From positions 160,001 to 224,000 of the forward strand of contig JBHLMN010000004.1 in assembly GCA_048938105.1 (NCBI GenBank): a DNA stretch of 64,000 nt, read 5' to 3'. Positions 30,191-40,748 of the stretch are shown piece by piece (positions within the stretch are counted from its first letter, which is position 1; each line of letters starts with the position of its first letter). The notes under the pieces are model-generated. The model ran no database searches. It was not told where the DNA came from and worked only from the letters and a program-made list of their open reading frames with translations. The DNA is from Promethearchaeota archaeon (GTDB lineage Archaea; Asgardarchaeota; Heimdallarchaeia; Hodarchaeales; Hodarchaeaceae). A program made the translations under genes and the position numbers.

Positions 30191-30343
30191 CTAAATAGTA
30201 TCCGTTACTCCTACAAGAGATCCCCCTTTCTGAAGATCTGATTCCAGATCAGAGTTGATTCGAATGAATAATGGCCCTTCATATTTCAAAAATCTAATAG
30301 TCAGGTTTAGTTGATCATTAGTTGATTGTTTTTGGTTCATCAT
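30191..30343 (-). CDS. Possible 50-aa small protein (below the ORF-track cutoff)
   Basis: MMNQKQSTNDQLNLTIRFLKYEGPLFIRINSDLESDLQKGGSLVGVTDTI; TATATAAA lies about 30 nt upstream on the minus strand. No family recognised. Confidence 0.3.
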   Translation of the reverse strand: MMNQKQSTNDQLNLTIRFLKYEGPLFIRINSDLESDLQKGGSLVGVTDTI

Positions 30344-30738
30344 TCATTACCAATAATGATAGGTGTTTTTCCTTTATATATCCACAAAACGATAATCCTA
30401 TAATGGGACTAGTCTGGTCTATTTAAAAAATAATATCATGATTATTTAAAGCCTAGGGTGTTTTATCAAAGTTAGATTTGAATAATTTAACAATTCAGAG
30501 ATGAGAATAGGTGAAAATTACTAATAATACCGACAAAATCAATGATGTAGAATCAGAATTCTTTGTCATTAGTAAGATGACATAAATTAGAGAAATATTG
30601 TCATAAATGTGAAAATAAGTAGAAATCCTTAGTCATCACAATTTCCAGTACTATGATTCAAAAATAGACATCTCTCGAACTTGTTAATATGTTAGCTCGT
30701 AATAAATAATTTAAGAATGAAGGTTGTTGTTCTGAATC

Positions 30739-31743
30739 ATGACTGAATTCAATCTCGAATCCATTCCAAGAATTCCTCTTTGCATATTACCGACGCCTAT
30801 AATGCCTCTCAAACGATTAACTGCGTATCTGGGTGGAGCTAATATTTTTATCAAAAGAGATGATCTTACAGGTGTTGCTTTTGGGGGGAATAAGAATAGA
30901 AAGCTAGAATTCTTATTAGCCGAAGCAAAGGAACGTAAAGCAGATGTTATTGTTACAGAAGGAGCTTTGCAATCAAATCACTGTCTTCAAACAGCAGCGT
31001 GCGCAGCAAAACTCGGTTTTGAATGTGAATTAGTATTATCAGGCGAAGATCTAAATTATATCACAGGAAATCTTCTTTTAGATCAGATTCTTGATGTGAA
31101 AATACATCGAGTTAAAGATAGTGTGAAGAGAAAAGCTCTCATGAAAGAGATAGAAGAGAAGTTAATAAATCAAGATAAGAGACCATATATCATACCAACA
31201 GGTGGTTCTACTATAATTGGTGCATTAGGATATTTAAACTGTATATTGGAAATTATGAAACAAGTTCGAAATTTAAGTATTGTAATGGATTACTTTATCC
31301 ATGCAACTGGTAGTGGAGGTACGCATTCGGGTGTTCTTTTAGGAAAAGAGCTCTATTGTCCTGAATTGGAAATTTTTGGGATTAATGTTGGAGAACCAGA
31401 AGGGGAACTAAATAAAATTGTACAAAGGATTATTCGGAAGTTTATTGAAGAATGGGGTTTGAAATTAACGATTAAAAAGGATTCGATTAAGGTTCTTGAT
31501 GATTATTATGGGGAGGGGTATGGAATCCCAAGTCAAGAAATGATTGATACTGTAAAACTGATTGCAAAGCTGGAGGGAATTTTTCTTGACCCTGTTTATA
31601 CTGGAAAAGCCATGGTAGGATTGGTTGACCTTGTGAAGACTAGAGTAATCCCAAAAGACAGTAATGTAATTTTTCTTCATTCAGGAGGAGGCCCCTCAAT
31701 ATTTAATTATGCTGATGTTTTCAAAAAGAATCAAGAGAGATAA
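30739..31743 (+). CDS. D-cysteine desulfhydrase family PLP enzyme
   Basis: KRDD..G...GGNK.RKLE, QSNH, GSGGT, DPVYTGKA and HSGG (desulfhydrase-type rather than ACC-deaminase YEGK/HLGG). Confidence 0.9.
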   Translation: MTEFNLESIPRIPLCILPTPIMPLKRLTAYLGGANIFIKRDDLTGVAFGGNKNRKLEFLLAEAKERKADVIVTEGALQSNHCLQTAACAAKLGFECELVLSGEDLNYITGNLLLDQILDVKIHRVKDSVKRKALMKEIEEKLINQDKRPYIIPTGGSTIIGALGYLNCILEIMKQVRNLSIVMDYFIHATGSGGTHSGVLLGKELYCPELEIFGINVGEPEGELNKIVQRIIRKFIEEWGLKLTIKKDSIKVLDDYYGEGYGIPSQEMIDTVKLIAKLEGIFLDPVYTGKAMVGLVDLVKTRVIPKDSNVIFLHSGGGPSIFNYADVFKKNQER

Positions 31744-31746
31744 AAG

Positions 31747-32877
31747 ATGTTTAAGAACTTTTCATCAGCCCATAAAATAGGTTCATTAGTTATCAAAAAT
31801 AGATTAGTTAGATCAGCTACTTATGAGTGTATGGCAACCGTTGAAGATGGTAGTGTTACACAAGAATTAATATATCTATATAAAACATTAGCCGAAGGAG
31901 GAGTTGGATTGATTATCACAGGGCTCACTTATGTTCACCCCTCTGGTCGTAGTTATCATAATCAGACAGCAATAGATAATGATAGTTTAATTCCAGGATT
32001 GAGGAAGATTGCAGAAACAGTTCATGAATATGGAGATGGATGTAGGATTGCAATTCAATTAGCTCATTCTGGATTTCAATCTTTGTTAGAAAACACAATA
32101 GCGCCATCTGCTGTTCTTGAACAAATGATGAATAACATGCCACGAGAAATGACGGTTAAAGAAATAGAAGAAATTATAGAAGCTTTTGCAAAGTCTGTAT
32201 GGAGAGCAAAAGAAGCAGGATTCGATGCGGTTCAACTCCATGCTGCTCATGGATATTTATTAAGCGAATTTTTGTCACCATTCACGAATAAAAGAACAGA
32301 TGGATATGGTGGTAACACAACAAAACGGATCAAAATCATTGAAGATATTTACAAAAGATCTATTGAATTTGTAGGTAAGGACTTCCCGATTTTGATCAAA
32401 ATGAATGTAGACGATTTTTTAGAAGGAGGAATTGACCTAAAAGAGTCTCAAAAAATAGCAGAAAAACTTTCACGAATAGGATTTGCAGCTATTGAAACTA
32501 GTAGCTGTATGTGGGCCGTTGTATTACGAAATGAAGAGGAAATTGGATTTTCCCCCTCTTTTATTCCGGAAAGTCGAATAAAAATAAACTCTAAGGATAA
32601 AGAGGCTTATCATCGTCCGTATGCAAAAGAAATCAAGAAAGTTATTGGAGCTACTCCATTAATTCTTGTTGGTGGAATTAGATCTCTTGATGTAATTGAG
32701 GAGATCTTGGCTGAGGGAAGTGCCGATTTTATCGCTCTAAGTCGTCCTTTGATTAGGGAGCCCAATCTCCCAAATAAATGGTTAAATGGAACTGGGGGAT
32801 TAACTGCTGAATGTATTTCCTGTAATGGATGTATTGGAGTTGTAGCTCAAGAAGGTGTCCATTGTACTCAAATATAA
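31747..32877 (+). CDS. NADH:flavin oxidoreductase (Old Yellow Enzyme family)
   Basis: NRLVRSAT, AGFDAVQLHAAHGYLLSEFLSP..N.R.D.YGG; C-terminal CISCNGC. Confidence 0.93.
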   Translation: MFKNFSSAHKIGSLVIKNRLVRSATYECMATVEDGSVTQELIYLYKTLAEGGVGLIITGLTYVHPSGRSYHNQTAIDNDSLIPGLRKIAETVHEYGDGCRIAIQLAHSGFQSLLENTIAPSAVLEQMMNNMPREMTVKEIEEIIEAFAKSVWRAKEAGFDAVQLHAAHGYLLSEFLSPFTNKRTDGYGGNTTKRIKIIEDIYKRSIEFVGKDFPILIKMNVDDFLEGGIDLKESQKIAEKLSRIGFAAIETSSCMWAVVLRNEEEIGFSPSFIPESRIKINSKDKEAYHRPYAKEIKKVIGATPLILVGGIRSLDVIEEILAEGSADFIALSRPLIREPNLPNKWLNGTGGLTAECISCNGCIGVVAQEGVHCTQI

Positions 32878-32885
32878 CACCTCAA

Positions 32886-33893
32886 TCATTGATTAAAAGT
32901 ACCGATAGTATCTATTGCTAACTCTGGAGTACAATTGGGGGGTAGAGAAACGACAGGAATATTAGTACCTTGTTGTCGTAGTTCATTATAGCGTGTGATA
33001 ACATACTCAGGGGATCCTACTACTGCAATCCGATCAAGCATATCCCTTGTTACATTTTTAGCGGCAACATCACGATCCCCTGCTTGAAATGCCGCTCTAA
33101 TTTTATTTGCTTCCGTCTCAAAACCAAACCTTTTCACAATTTCAAAATAAAATGTCCCCATTCCACCTATGTAATAAGCTAAATTCCTCTGAATAAGGTA
33201 TTTTGCTTTTTCAGATTCTGAAGCACAAGTAGGAATGTAGGGAGCAATTATAATCTCTTTCCCAAGTTCTGGTTTTCGTTTGGAAAATCCTTTTCTTAAA
33301 TCTTCCTTCGTGCTAGGAATTTCAGTGAAGGAAGTCCAGATCGGGAGCCATCCATCTGCTAATTCGCCTGTAATCTGAACATTTTTTCTACCCATTGCTG
33401 CGAGGAATAATGGTATATCAAGAGGTGTGTTAAAACCGCGTATTTTGAATCGTTTCAAAGAATAAATCTTTCCAGAGTAATTTACACGTTCCCCTAGTAG
33501 AATTAAACGCAATATCTCTAAGTACTCACGAGTCCGTTGCAGGGGAGAAAATTGATAATAATTTATACCATGCCAATCTTGAACGACTATAGGGCCACTT
33601 AATCCTAATCCTAAAATAAATCGTCCTTCTGTAAGTTCATATAAGCTCGCTGCTGTTTGAGCCAATGTAGCAGGAGTACGGGAATACAGATTTACAATAC
33701 CTGTTCCTAGAAGAAGCTCAGAAGTGTAATGTGACATGGCTGCTACTTGAGTAAAAGCATCATGCCCCCAGGCTTCTGGAATAAACAAATGGGTGAAATT
33801 TGAATTATCGAGGAGGGATATCAAATTATGACACAAAGAAGGTGGGAGAAAATCATAGGACAAAGTGAATCCTAGTTTTTTTTGAGTCTTCAT
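32886..33893 (-). CDS. Luciferase-like (LLM) oxidoreductase, probably F420-dependent
   Basis: PEAWG.DAF, LGTGIVN.YSRTP, GRFILGLG.S, ELADGW. Confidence 0.9.
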   Translation of the reverse strand: MKTQKKLGFTLSYDFLPPSLCHNLISLLDNSNFTHLFIPEAWGHDAFTQVAAMSHYTSELLLGTGIVNLYSRTPATLAQTAASLYELTEGRFILGLGLSGPIVVQDWHGINYYQFSPLQRTREYLEILRLILLGERVNYSGKIYSLKRFKIRGFNTPLDIPLFLAAMGRKNVQITGELADGWLPIWTSFTEIPSTKEDLRKGFSKRKPELGKEIIIAPYIPTCASESEKAKYLIQRNLAYYIGGMGTFYFEIVKRFGFETEANKIRAAFQAGDRDVAAKNVTRDMLDRIAVVGSPEYVITRYNELRQQGTNIPVVSLPPNCTPELAIDTIGTFNQ

Positions 33894-34064
33894 TACAATC
33901 CATTTATACCAATCAAACTTCAGACAAATAATTTTCCTATTTTGAAATTATTTCGAAATATTAAACTACTATGTTTGTAAGAATGTAACAACGCGACTTC
34001 TAAAGAAATCAGTCATGTCAGTTAATTTTTAATATTATTTTTCCAATAAAAAGAACTAAAACAG

Positions 34065-37000
34065 TTGATATATAAAATGCAACATAATTCTTTCATTGAA
34101 AAACAACGGGAATTAAAAATGCAGTATCATGCAGTTATTGATGCGATGGCTGAACCAATCCACATTGTTAATAAAAATCTGGAGATCCTTTTTATAAACA
34201 AAGCCTTTAAACGTTGGGTTAGGAACTTAGGATTAGAATTAGATATAATTGGTCAAAAATTGTTTGACCTTTATCCTTTTTTACCTGATAAAATTCAGGA
34301 TGAATATCATCAAATCTTTACCTCTGGGAAATCTCTTATTACCGAAGAAACTCAAAAAGTTAGAAATGTAGAGGTATCAACACAAATCGAAAAAGATCCT
34401 ATCTTCAGTGAGGGTGAAGTTAAATGGGTTGTAACTATTTATCGCAACATTACTGAGCATAAACAGATGGAGAAGTCTATAGAAGAGACTGAAGAGAAAT
34501 TACAGCTGTTTATGGACTCCACAATCGATGCTTTCTCTTTATGGGATTCAGATTTGAATTTAATTTCAACAAATAAGGCTGCAATGCGGATGATTCCACA
34601 AGAAATTAGGGAGAAAGGTGTAATAGGTGCAAATCTGGTAGAATTTGATTTTACTAGAGCAAAGGGAACATATAGCAAGTATATGAACGTGATAAAGACG
34701 GGAATACCTTATGTTGTTGAAAATTCTGTTCCTCATCCAATATTTGGAGATAAATATTTCAATATTAAGGCATTCAAAGTAGGTAGTGGGATGGGAATGA
34801 TTATCAGGGATATTACGGAACAAAAAAGAGCGGAAGAAGAAATAAGGAGGAGCGAAGAAAAATTCCGTAGGCTTACTGAGAATATCTTCGATGTAGTATT
34901 AGAAGCAAACTCCGATGGAAAACTTATATATATCAGCCCAGAAGTATTTAATCTTCTTGGTTACCGGCCTAATGAAATAATAGGAATACAAGGCCTTAAT
35001 TTTATCCACCCTGATGATTTAGAAAAAGCTACTAAGGCTATGGCTAAAACTGCAAATCTTAAAGATAGGATTGAAGTTGAGTACAGAGCGCAACATAAAG
35101 ATGGCCATTATGTGCCTATTTCTGGGGCTTTAAGGAGGATTCAAGAGGGTGATGATTTCAAACTGATTGGGGTATTTAGAGACATTACTGAACACAAAAA
35201 AACTGAATTCGAATTGAAACAAAGTAAAACAATTACTGATAACTTAAACGAGGCACTCCTTCTGTTCGATATGGATGGATTAGCCTCATTTGCAAATCCA
35301 ACTTATGAAAAGATCACGGGATATAAAAGCAGTGAATTAATAGGAAAAAGTGGGATTGAGATTGCGAAAAAGACTGTAGTACCACATGAAGTAGACAAGA
35401 TCGTAGAGACTTTTGGAAAAGCAGTTAAAGGAGAAGAGTTACCACCCCTATCAACCTATTTAAAGAATAAAAATGGCAAAATAACGCCAATAGACTTTAC
35501 TGTGTCTTTTGTTAGGGATGACCAAGGTAATGCTATTCAAATAGTTGCGGTTATTAGAGATATCACAGAACAAAAACAAGCAGAGGAGAAATTACGAAGT
35601 TTCGTGGATGCTGCAATCGATCCCTTCCTTCTTTTTGATTCAGATTTAAATATTATTGACATAAACGAAACTGCATTAAAGGGCCTAGGAGTAAACAGGG
35701 AGGATGTACTAGGAATGGCTATACTTGACATATCGCCTGATCTTAAAGAGACAGGCCGATATAATAGATATATGGAGGTTATGATGACAGGAAAACCCCT
35801 TGTCATACAGGATCTTGTACCATCTCCCAAATTTGGCGAAATACATGTTGAATTGAAGGCGTTCAAAGTGGGTGATGGACTAGGACTGATTACCAGAGAC
35901 ATAACTGAGAATAGAAGAGCTGAAGAAGCATTAAGGGAGAGTGAAGAGAAGTTCAGATTGTTGTCTGAACAAAGTATGCTTGGGATTGTAATCCTCCAAG
36001 ATGGGTTGATAAAATATGTCAATAATGCTTTAGCGGAAATGATAGAGATTACTCCTGAAGAGATGTTAAAATGGAAAGCAGATGAATGGGTGTCAGCTAT
36101 GCATCCAGATGACCGTTCAATTGCAATTCAACAAGCACGAAAAAAACAAATGGGGGAAATAGATGTCGTTATACACTCTTCCTATCGTCTTATAACAAAG
36201 ACTGGAAAAACAAAATGGGTAGAGAATTACTCAAAAACAATAACCTATAAGGGAAAAACAGCTGATTTTATCACCCTAATTGACATTACTGAGCGAATAA
36301 AAGCAGAGGAAGCGTTACGGGAGAGTGAAGAACGATTAAGAGCATTCATGGACTCTGCAACTGATGCTTTCTCTCTTTGGGATTCAAAACTCAACTTAAT
36401 TGATATCAATAAAGCTGGCATGGAGATAATTCCCGTAGAGATCAAGAAAACGGGTGTAATAGGAAGGAATTTTACAGAATTCGGTTCTATGACTAAGGAA
36501 ATAGTAAATTATAATAGATATATAGAAGTTATAAGGACTGGTAAACCCTTAATTATGGAGAATATTGTTACTGGTACTCTATTTGGTAATATTCATGTAA
36601 TTATAAAAGCATTTAAGGTTGGTAAGGGGATGGGAATGATTGTAACAGACATTACTAAACACAAAGAGGCAGAAAAAGCCCTGAGAGAGAGCGAAAAGAA
36701 ATATCGAACGATTTTAGAGAGTATCGAAGACGGTTATTATGAGGTTGATTTAGCTGGAAATTTGACCTTTTTCAATGATTCATTATGCAAATTACTTGGA
36801 TATTCAAAAAATGAATTAATTGGTATGAATTATAGAGCTTACATGGATGATGAGACTGGCAATAAAGTATATCATACATTTAATACAGTTTATGAATCGG
36901 GGCGACCAACTAAGGCTACTGATTGGGAGATTATTAGAAAAGATAGAACTAAGAGGTTTAATGAAGCTTCTATCTCTCTAATATTAAAATCTTCAGGAGA

Positions 37001-38498
37001 ACCTGTAGGATTTCGGGGTGTAGTTCGTGATATAACAAAACGCATGGAAATGGAAGAAGCATTACGAGAGAGTGAGGTGAAATTTCGAAATATTATTGAA
37101 TCCATTCCCATGGGTATGCATATGTATCAAATAGAGGAAGATGGAAATCTAATATTTATTGGCGCTAACCATGCTGCTGATGAAATCCTAGGGATAAATC
37201 ACGAACAGTTAAAAGGGAAAACAATTGAAGATGCGTTCCCTTCCTCTATGGAAACTGAAATCCCTGATCACTACCGTGCTGCTGCCACGAAAGGGATAAT
37301 ATGGACAAGTGACGAAATAACTTATGAAGACGAACGGATTAAAGGTGCCTATGAGGTTTGTGCTTTCCAGACGTCACCAGGAATGATGGTGGCCTCATTC
37401 CTTGATATTACTGAACGTAAAAAAACTGAAGAATCGCTGAAAGAGAGCGAGCGGAAATATAGGACACTTATAACAACAATGACTGATGGTATTGTGGTTA
37501 CTGACATATTTAACAGAATAACATTAGTAAATCCTGCTTTAGAAAAGATGCTTGGATTTAATGAAGATGAGATGTTGGATCATTTAGTGATTGAATTTTT
37601 AGACCCTGATTCAATCGAAATCTTCAAAGAAAAAAGCAAGCAACGACATTCGGGCCTGGTTCCCTCTGAAGAATATGAACTTGTATTTATTAATAAAAAT
37701 GGAGATAAAGTAACCACACGAGTTGCAGCTAAAGTTTTAATGGTGGGATCTCAAATCAGTGGTTCTTTTGCAGTGATTTCAGATATAACTAAGGAACGTG
37801 AATTAGAACAAAGACGCGCTAGTTTCATGTCGATGACTGCTCATGAATTACGTACGCCTACAACAATCATTCGGGGTTATGCAGAGCTTCTTGAAGCCTT
37901 TTTTAGTGATCTTGGATTAGAACAGAATGAAAAATTCTTTATTCCTCTCCAAAAAATCATTAAGAATGTCCAGCGTCTCGAAAGGTTGATTTCAGATGTA
38001 AGAGACATTATGAGGATTGATAGAGGTGTTTTTCAGTTACAAAAAGAACCAGTCATTATTAATGAATTGCTAGATGAATTCCTCAGTTCATATAAAGTAA
38101 TATTAAAAGATCAATTAGAATATTCCATATCATATCTCGATTCTCCTGTTCAAATTGAAAGTGATCCAGTACGTCTACTTCAAGTATTCGGTAACTTAAT
38201 GCAGAATGCTATAGATCACACTTCAAAAGATAATCGTCAGATAACTGTCAGCTCTACGATCACTTCTGAAGATATAATAATTAAATTTTCCGATAATGGC
38301 GCTGGTATTGAACCTACATATTTAGAAAAGATATTTGAGCCATTTTTATCTATTCCAACCGAATTTACTGTTCAAGGTACAGGTGTTGGCTTATATTTAT
38401 CAAGATTTATTATACAGGCCCATAATGGGATTCTATTAGCCTCCAGTAAAGGAAAAGGATTTGGTGCAACCTTCACTGTAAGATTACCAAGAACTTAA
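34065..38498 (+). CDS. Soluble multi-PAS sensor histidine kinase (10 PAS/PAC repeats)
   Basis: Ten (D/N)IT PAC termini; H-box AHELRTP, N-box NLMQNA, G1 DNGAGI, G2 GTGVGL; no TM segment. Confidence 0.93.
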   Translation: MIYKMQHNSFIEKQRELKMQYHAVIDAMAEPIHIVNKNLEILFINKAFKRWVRNLGLELDIIGQKLFDLYPFLPDKIQDEYHQIFTSGKSLITEETQKVRNVEVSTQIEKDPIFSEGEVKWVVTIYRNITEHKQMEKSIEETEEKLQLFMDSTIDAFSLWDSDLNLISTNKAAMRMIPQEIREKGVIGANLVEFDFTRAKGTYSKYMNVIKTGIPYVVENSVPHPIFGDKYFNIKAFKVGSGMGMIIRDITEQKRAEEEIRRSEEKFRRLTENIFDVVLEANSDGKLIYISPEVFNLLGYRPNEIIGIQGLNFIHPDDLEKATKAMAKTANLKDRIEVEYRAQHKDGHYVPISGALRRIQEGDDFKLIGVFRDITEHKKTEFELKQSKTITDNLNEALLLFDMDGLASFANPTYEKITGYKSSELIGKSGIEIAKKTVVPHEVDKIVETFGKAVKGEELPPLSTYLKNKNGKITPIDFTVSFVRDDQGNAIQIVAVIRDITEQKQAEEKLRSFVDAAIDPFLLFDSDLNIIDINETALKGLGVNREDVLGMAILDISPDLKETGRYNRYMEVMMTGKPLVIQDLVPSPKFGEIHVELKAFKVGDGLGLITRDITENRRAEEALRESEEKFRLLSEQSMLGIVILQDGLIKYVNNALAEMIEITPEEMLKWKADEWVSAMHPDDRSIAIQQARKKQMGEIDVVIHSSYRLITKTGKTKWVENYSKTITYKGKTADFITLIDITERIKAEEALRESEERLRAFMDSATDAFSLWDSKLNLIDINKAGMEIIPVEIKKTGVIGRNFTEFGSMTKEIVNYNRYIEVIRTGKPLIMENIVTGTLFGNIHVIIKAFKVGKGMGMIVTDITKHKEAEKALRESEKKYRTILESIEDGYYEVDLAGNLTFFNDSLCKLLGYSKNELIGMNYRAYMDDETGNKVYHTFNTVYESGRPTKATDWEIIRKDRTKRFNEASISLILKSSGEPVGFRGVVRDITKRMEMEEALRESEVKFRNIIESIPMGMHMYQIEEDGNLIFIGANHAADEILGINHEQLKGKTIEDAFPSSMETEIPDHYRAAATKGIIWTSDEITYEDERIKGAYEVCAFQTSPGMMVASFLDITERKKTEESLKESERKYRTLITTMTDGIVVTDIFNRITLVNPALEKMLGFNEDEMLDHLVIEFLDPDSIEIFKEKSKQRHSGLVPSEEYELVFINKNGDKVTTRVAAKVLMVGSQISGSFAVISDITKERELEQRRASFMSMTAHELRTPTTIIRGYAELLEAFFSDLGLEQNEKFFIPLQKIIKNVQRLERLISDVRDIMRIDRGVFQLQKEPVIINELLDEFLSSYKVILKDQLEYSISYLDSPVQIESDPVRLLQVFGNLMQNAIDHTSKDNRQITVSSTITSEDIIIKFSDNGAGIEPTYLEKIFEPFLSIPTEFTVQGTGVGLYLSRFIIQAHNGILLASSKGKGFGATFTVRLPRT

Positions 38499-38540
38499 GA
38501 TTTGCCTCAAGTTGAGAAAGGGATTGTCAATTATGAATTT

Positions 38541-39710
38541 TTATTTTCGTCCGAAAGCAATCTTTAGTAAAGATTCAGCGTCCTTAAAAACGTTCTTTGT
38601 AATAACCGCGTATTCTATGTCATCTAAACCATATTTTAAGTTGAACATATTACCAAATGAATCCAATGCACTCCATAAAAAGCTGGAAATCCGATCCACC
38701 ATGAGAAAGAGGATAAAATTTTCATTCTGAGATAACATGATTTTTTTGTCTAGAAAATGGATCATTCTAATATTTTTAGCTTGGACCATCTCCGTAAACA
38801 GACTTAAAATGGCATAAACACCTCCAGATAGTAATAAGTCCTGTTCACTAGTATAATCTTGGTCTTTTGGTCGTGCAAAATCATATGAGAATAATAACAT
38901 CCCTGATCGATTAATAACCAATAATTTCTCAATTTTCTGAAATTGTAGAAACCCTACTGGTGCTTTTACGTAAGCTTGATAAATTAGGAGACTTCCTATT
39001 ATAACATTTATATGCGGTGCAATGTGCTTTAAGAATACCTCTGTAGTAGGATCCATTAAATAAGCAAGTTGATAGGCACTTGCGACAACAACTAACGTAA
39101 CAAAATAATATAGTACGATCACCCATTGCATCAACATAACTTGATTTCTTTGTGTTTCATCATCAATATTTCTTTTAATTCTTCTCAGAGATCTCAAGGT
39201 CACAATAATTACATAAATTACAAAATATGAAACTGGGAAATTCGTCGATAAGAGAAAATTCATGATTAATAATATAAGAGTGTCTGCCTCTAGTATACTT
39301 AATGGGAAGACTTCTGGAACCACGATTTGATGCATTACATTTAAAAGGAAAGCACCAAAAAATAATCCATAAATGAAACCATGTAATGCGTTTATTCTTT
39401 CATTCTCGAAATAATCTATGAATAGCATGAAAAATCCAGCAGTTAACCCACCAAAGAAAGGTAATAACCAGACTATAACATTACCTTCTTGTAAATAAAA
39501 GCTAATTACATCATTAAAATTTAACAGAAAAAACCAGAATTCTATTATAATGAAAATAATGTACAAGAGATAAAAAAATGCAAGTAAAGATACTACTGTG
39601 ATTCTTGTTTCTCTCCATCTTTTACTTAATCTATAAAATACCACGCCACTAACGATTAAATCGAGTAAGAAGACACCAAAACCAAAGTAACTAATTATTG
39701 TTGGTGCCAT
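38541..39710 (-). CDS. Seven-TM membrane protein with C-terminal longin-like domain
   Basis: Seven hydrophobic helices followed by LLVINRSGMLLFSY...LLSGGVYAI...F..KY, a longin/roadblock-type pattern. Confidence 0.75.
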   Translation of the reverse strand: MAPTIISYFGFGVFLLDLIVSGVVFYRLSKRWRETRITVVSLLAFFYLLYIIFIIIEFWFFLLNFNDVISFYLQEGNVIVWLLPFFGGLTAGFFMLFIDYFENERINALHGFIYGLFFGAFLLNVMHQIVVPEVFPLSILEADTLILLIMNFLLSTNFPVSYFVIYVIIVTLRSLRRIKRNIDDETQRNQVMLMQWVIVLYYFVTLVVVASAYQLAYLMDPTTEVFLKHIAPHINVIIGSLLIYQAYVKAPVGFLQFQKIEKLLVINRSGMLLFSYDFARPKDQDYTSEQDLLLSGGVYAILSLFTEMVQAKNIRMIHFLDKKIMLSQNENFILFLMVDRISSFLWSALDSFGNMFNLKYGLDDIEYAVITKNVFKDAESLLKIAFGRK

Positions 39711-39816
39711 GATTAATTCCTAACAAAAATATTTCAGGCTTGAATATATCTAGAATGCTTTTCTCTTTCTTTTAAGAAGTTAATTAATTAAAGCATTAGG
39801 ATTTATCATATCTTTC

Positions 39817-40701
39817 TTATTTTTCAGGAAATAATGGCTTAAAACTATCTGCTTTTGCTCTTTGAATTATCTCTTTCTGTTCAATCATTTCTAATTTCTT
39901 GAATTTCTCGCCAGCTTTAAGCACTAATGGCCATAATCGGAGATCACAGGGTAATGAATAAGTTGTAACACCTTCTTGAGAGAGTGTAAATCCAACAGCA
40001 TCATCGATCCACGGCTGTTCATCTAGTGGTTGGTACCAAGTTCCATATTTTTTTGCGAATGTCCATCTCCTTCTAGAGATAGCTTTAATAGCAATGACTC
40101 CAATGCTTTTTTCATTAGCTAGCTTTAGAACTGGTCGAAAATCGTTACTTGGATGAGGATGAGCCATCGCAGCGACATAAACAGGTAATAGAATTGTGTA
40201 AAAGTCTTCATAGGAATTCAGTGCTTTTAATAGGATTCTCATGTCACTGTGACATGTAATACCGATATTCTTTATGAGACCTGTTTCTTTAGCCTCTTGA
40301 AAAGCTTCAATGGCACCATTCTTGCCTAAAATTTGCTCTAATTCTTCCATTGTCGATACTGCATGGAATTGATACAAATCAAAATAAGATGTACCTAATC
40401 GTTTTAGGGAGCGTTGTAGTTCATTCCAAGCACCATCTTTAGTTCTCTCCATCGTTTTCTCTGCTAAAAAGATTTTATTACGGATTTTTGGAATCCAAGG
40501 CTGAAGTCTAACCTCTGCTTCCCCATAGGAGGGAGAAACATCAATGATATTTATTCCTCGCTTCCTCGCTTCTTTAATGGCTTCATCAGCTTTCTCTTGA
40601 GCATTCTTTGGTTCCTGTTCATGTAACCATCCTAATGCGCAGCCTCCTAAGGTTATTATTGATGCATTGTGCCCAGTTCTCCCAAAGGGCCTAAGATCCA
40701 T
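39817..40701 (-). CDS. Aldo/keto reductase
   Basis: R.FGRTG...S...LG, GIN.ID....YG.AE, SLKRLGT.YFDLYQFH, IGIT.H. Confidence 0.92.
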   Translation of the reverse strand: MDLRPFGRTGHNASIITLGGCALGWLHEQEPKNAQEKADEAIKEARKRGINIIDVSPSYGEAEVRLQPWIPKIRNKIFLAEKTMERTKDGAWNELQRSLKRLGTSYFDLYQFHAVSTMEELEQILGKNGAIEAFQEAKETGLIKNIGITCHSDMRILLKALNSYEDFYTILLPVYVAAMAHPHPSNDFRPVLKLANEKSIGVIAIKAISRRRWTFAKKYGTWYQPLDEQPWIDDAVGFTLSQEGVTTYSLPCDLRLWPLVLKAGEKFKKLEMIEQKEIIQRAKADSFKPLFPEK

Positions 40702-40748
40702 ATGATCACCAAATTAAAATTTATAAGGTCAGTTATTTCTTATCAGTT

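Noticed and set aside
30739-31743. ACC deaminase call
   Set aside because: Has YTGK/HSGG rather than the YEGK/HLGG residues diagnostic of true ACC deaminases.
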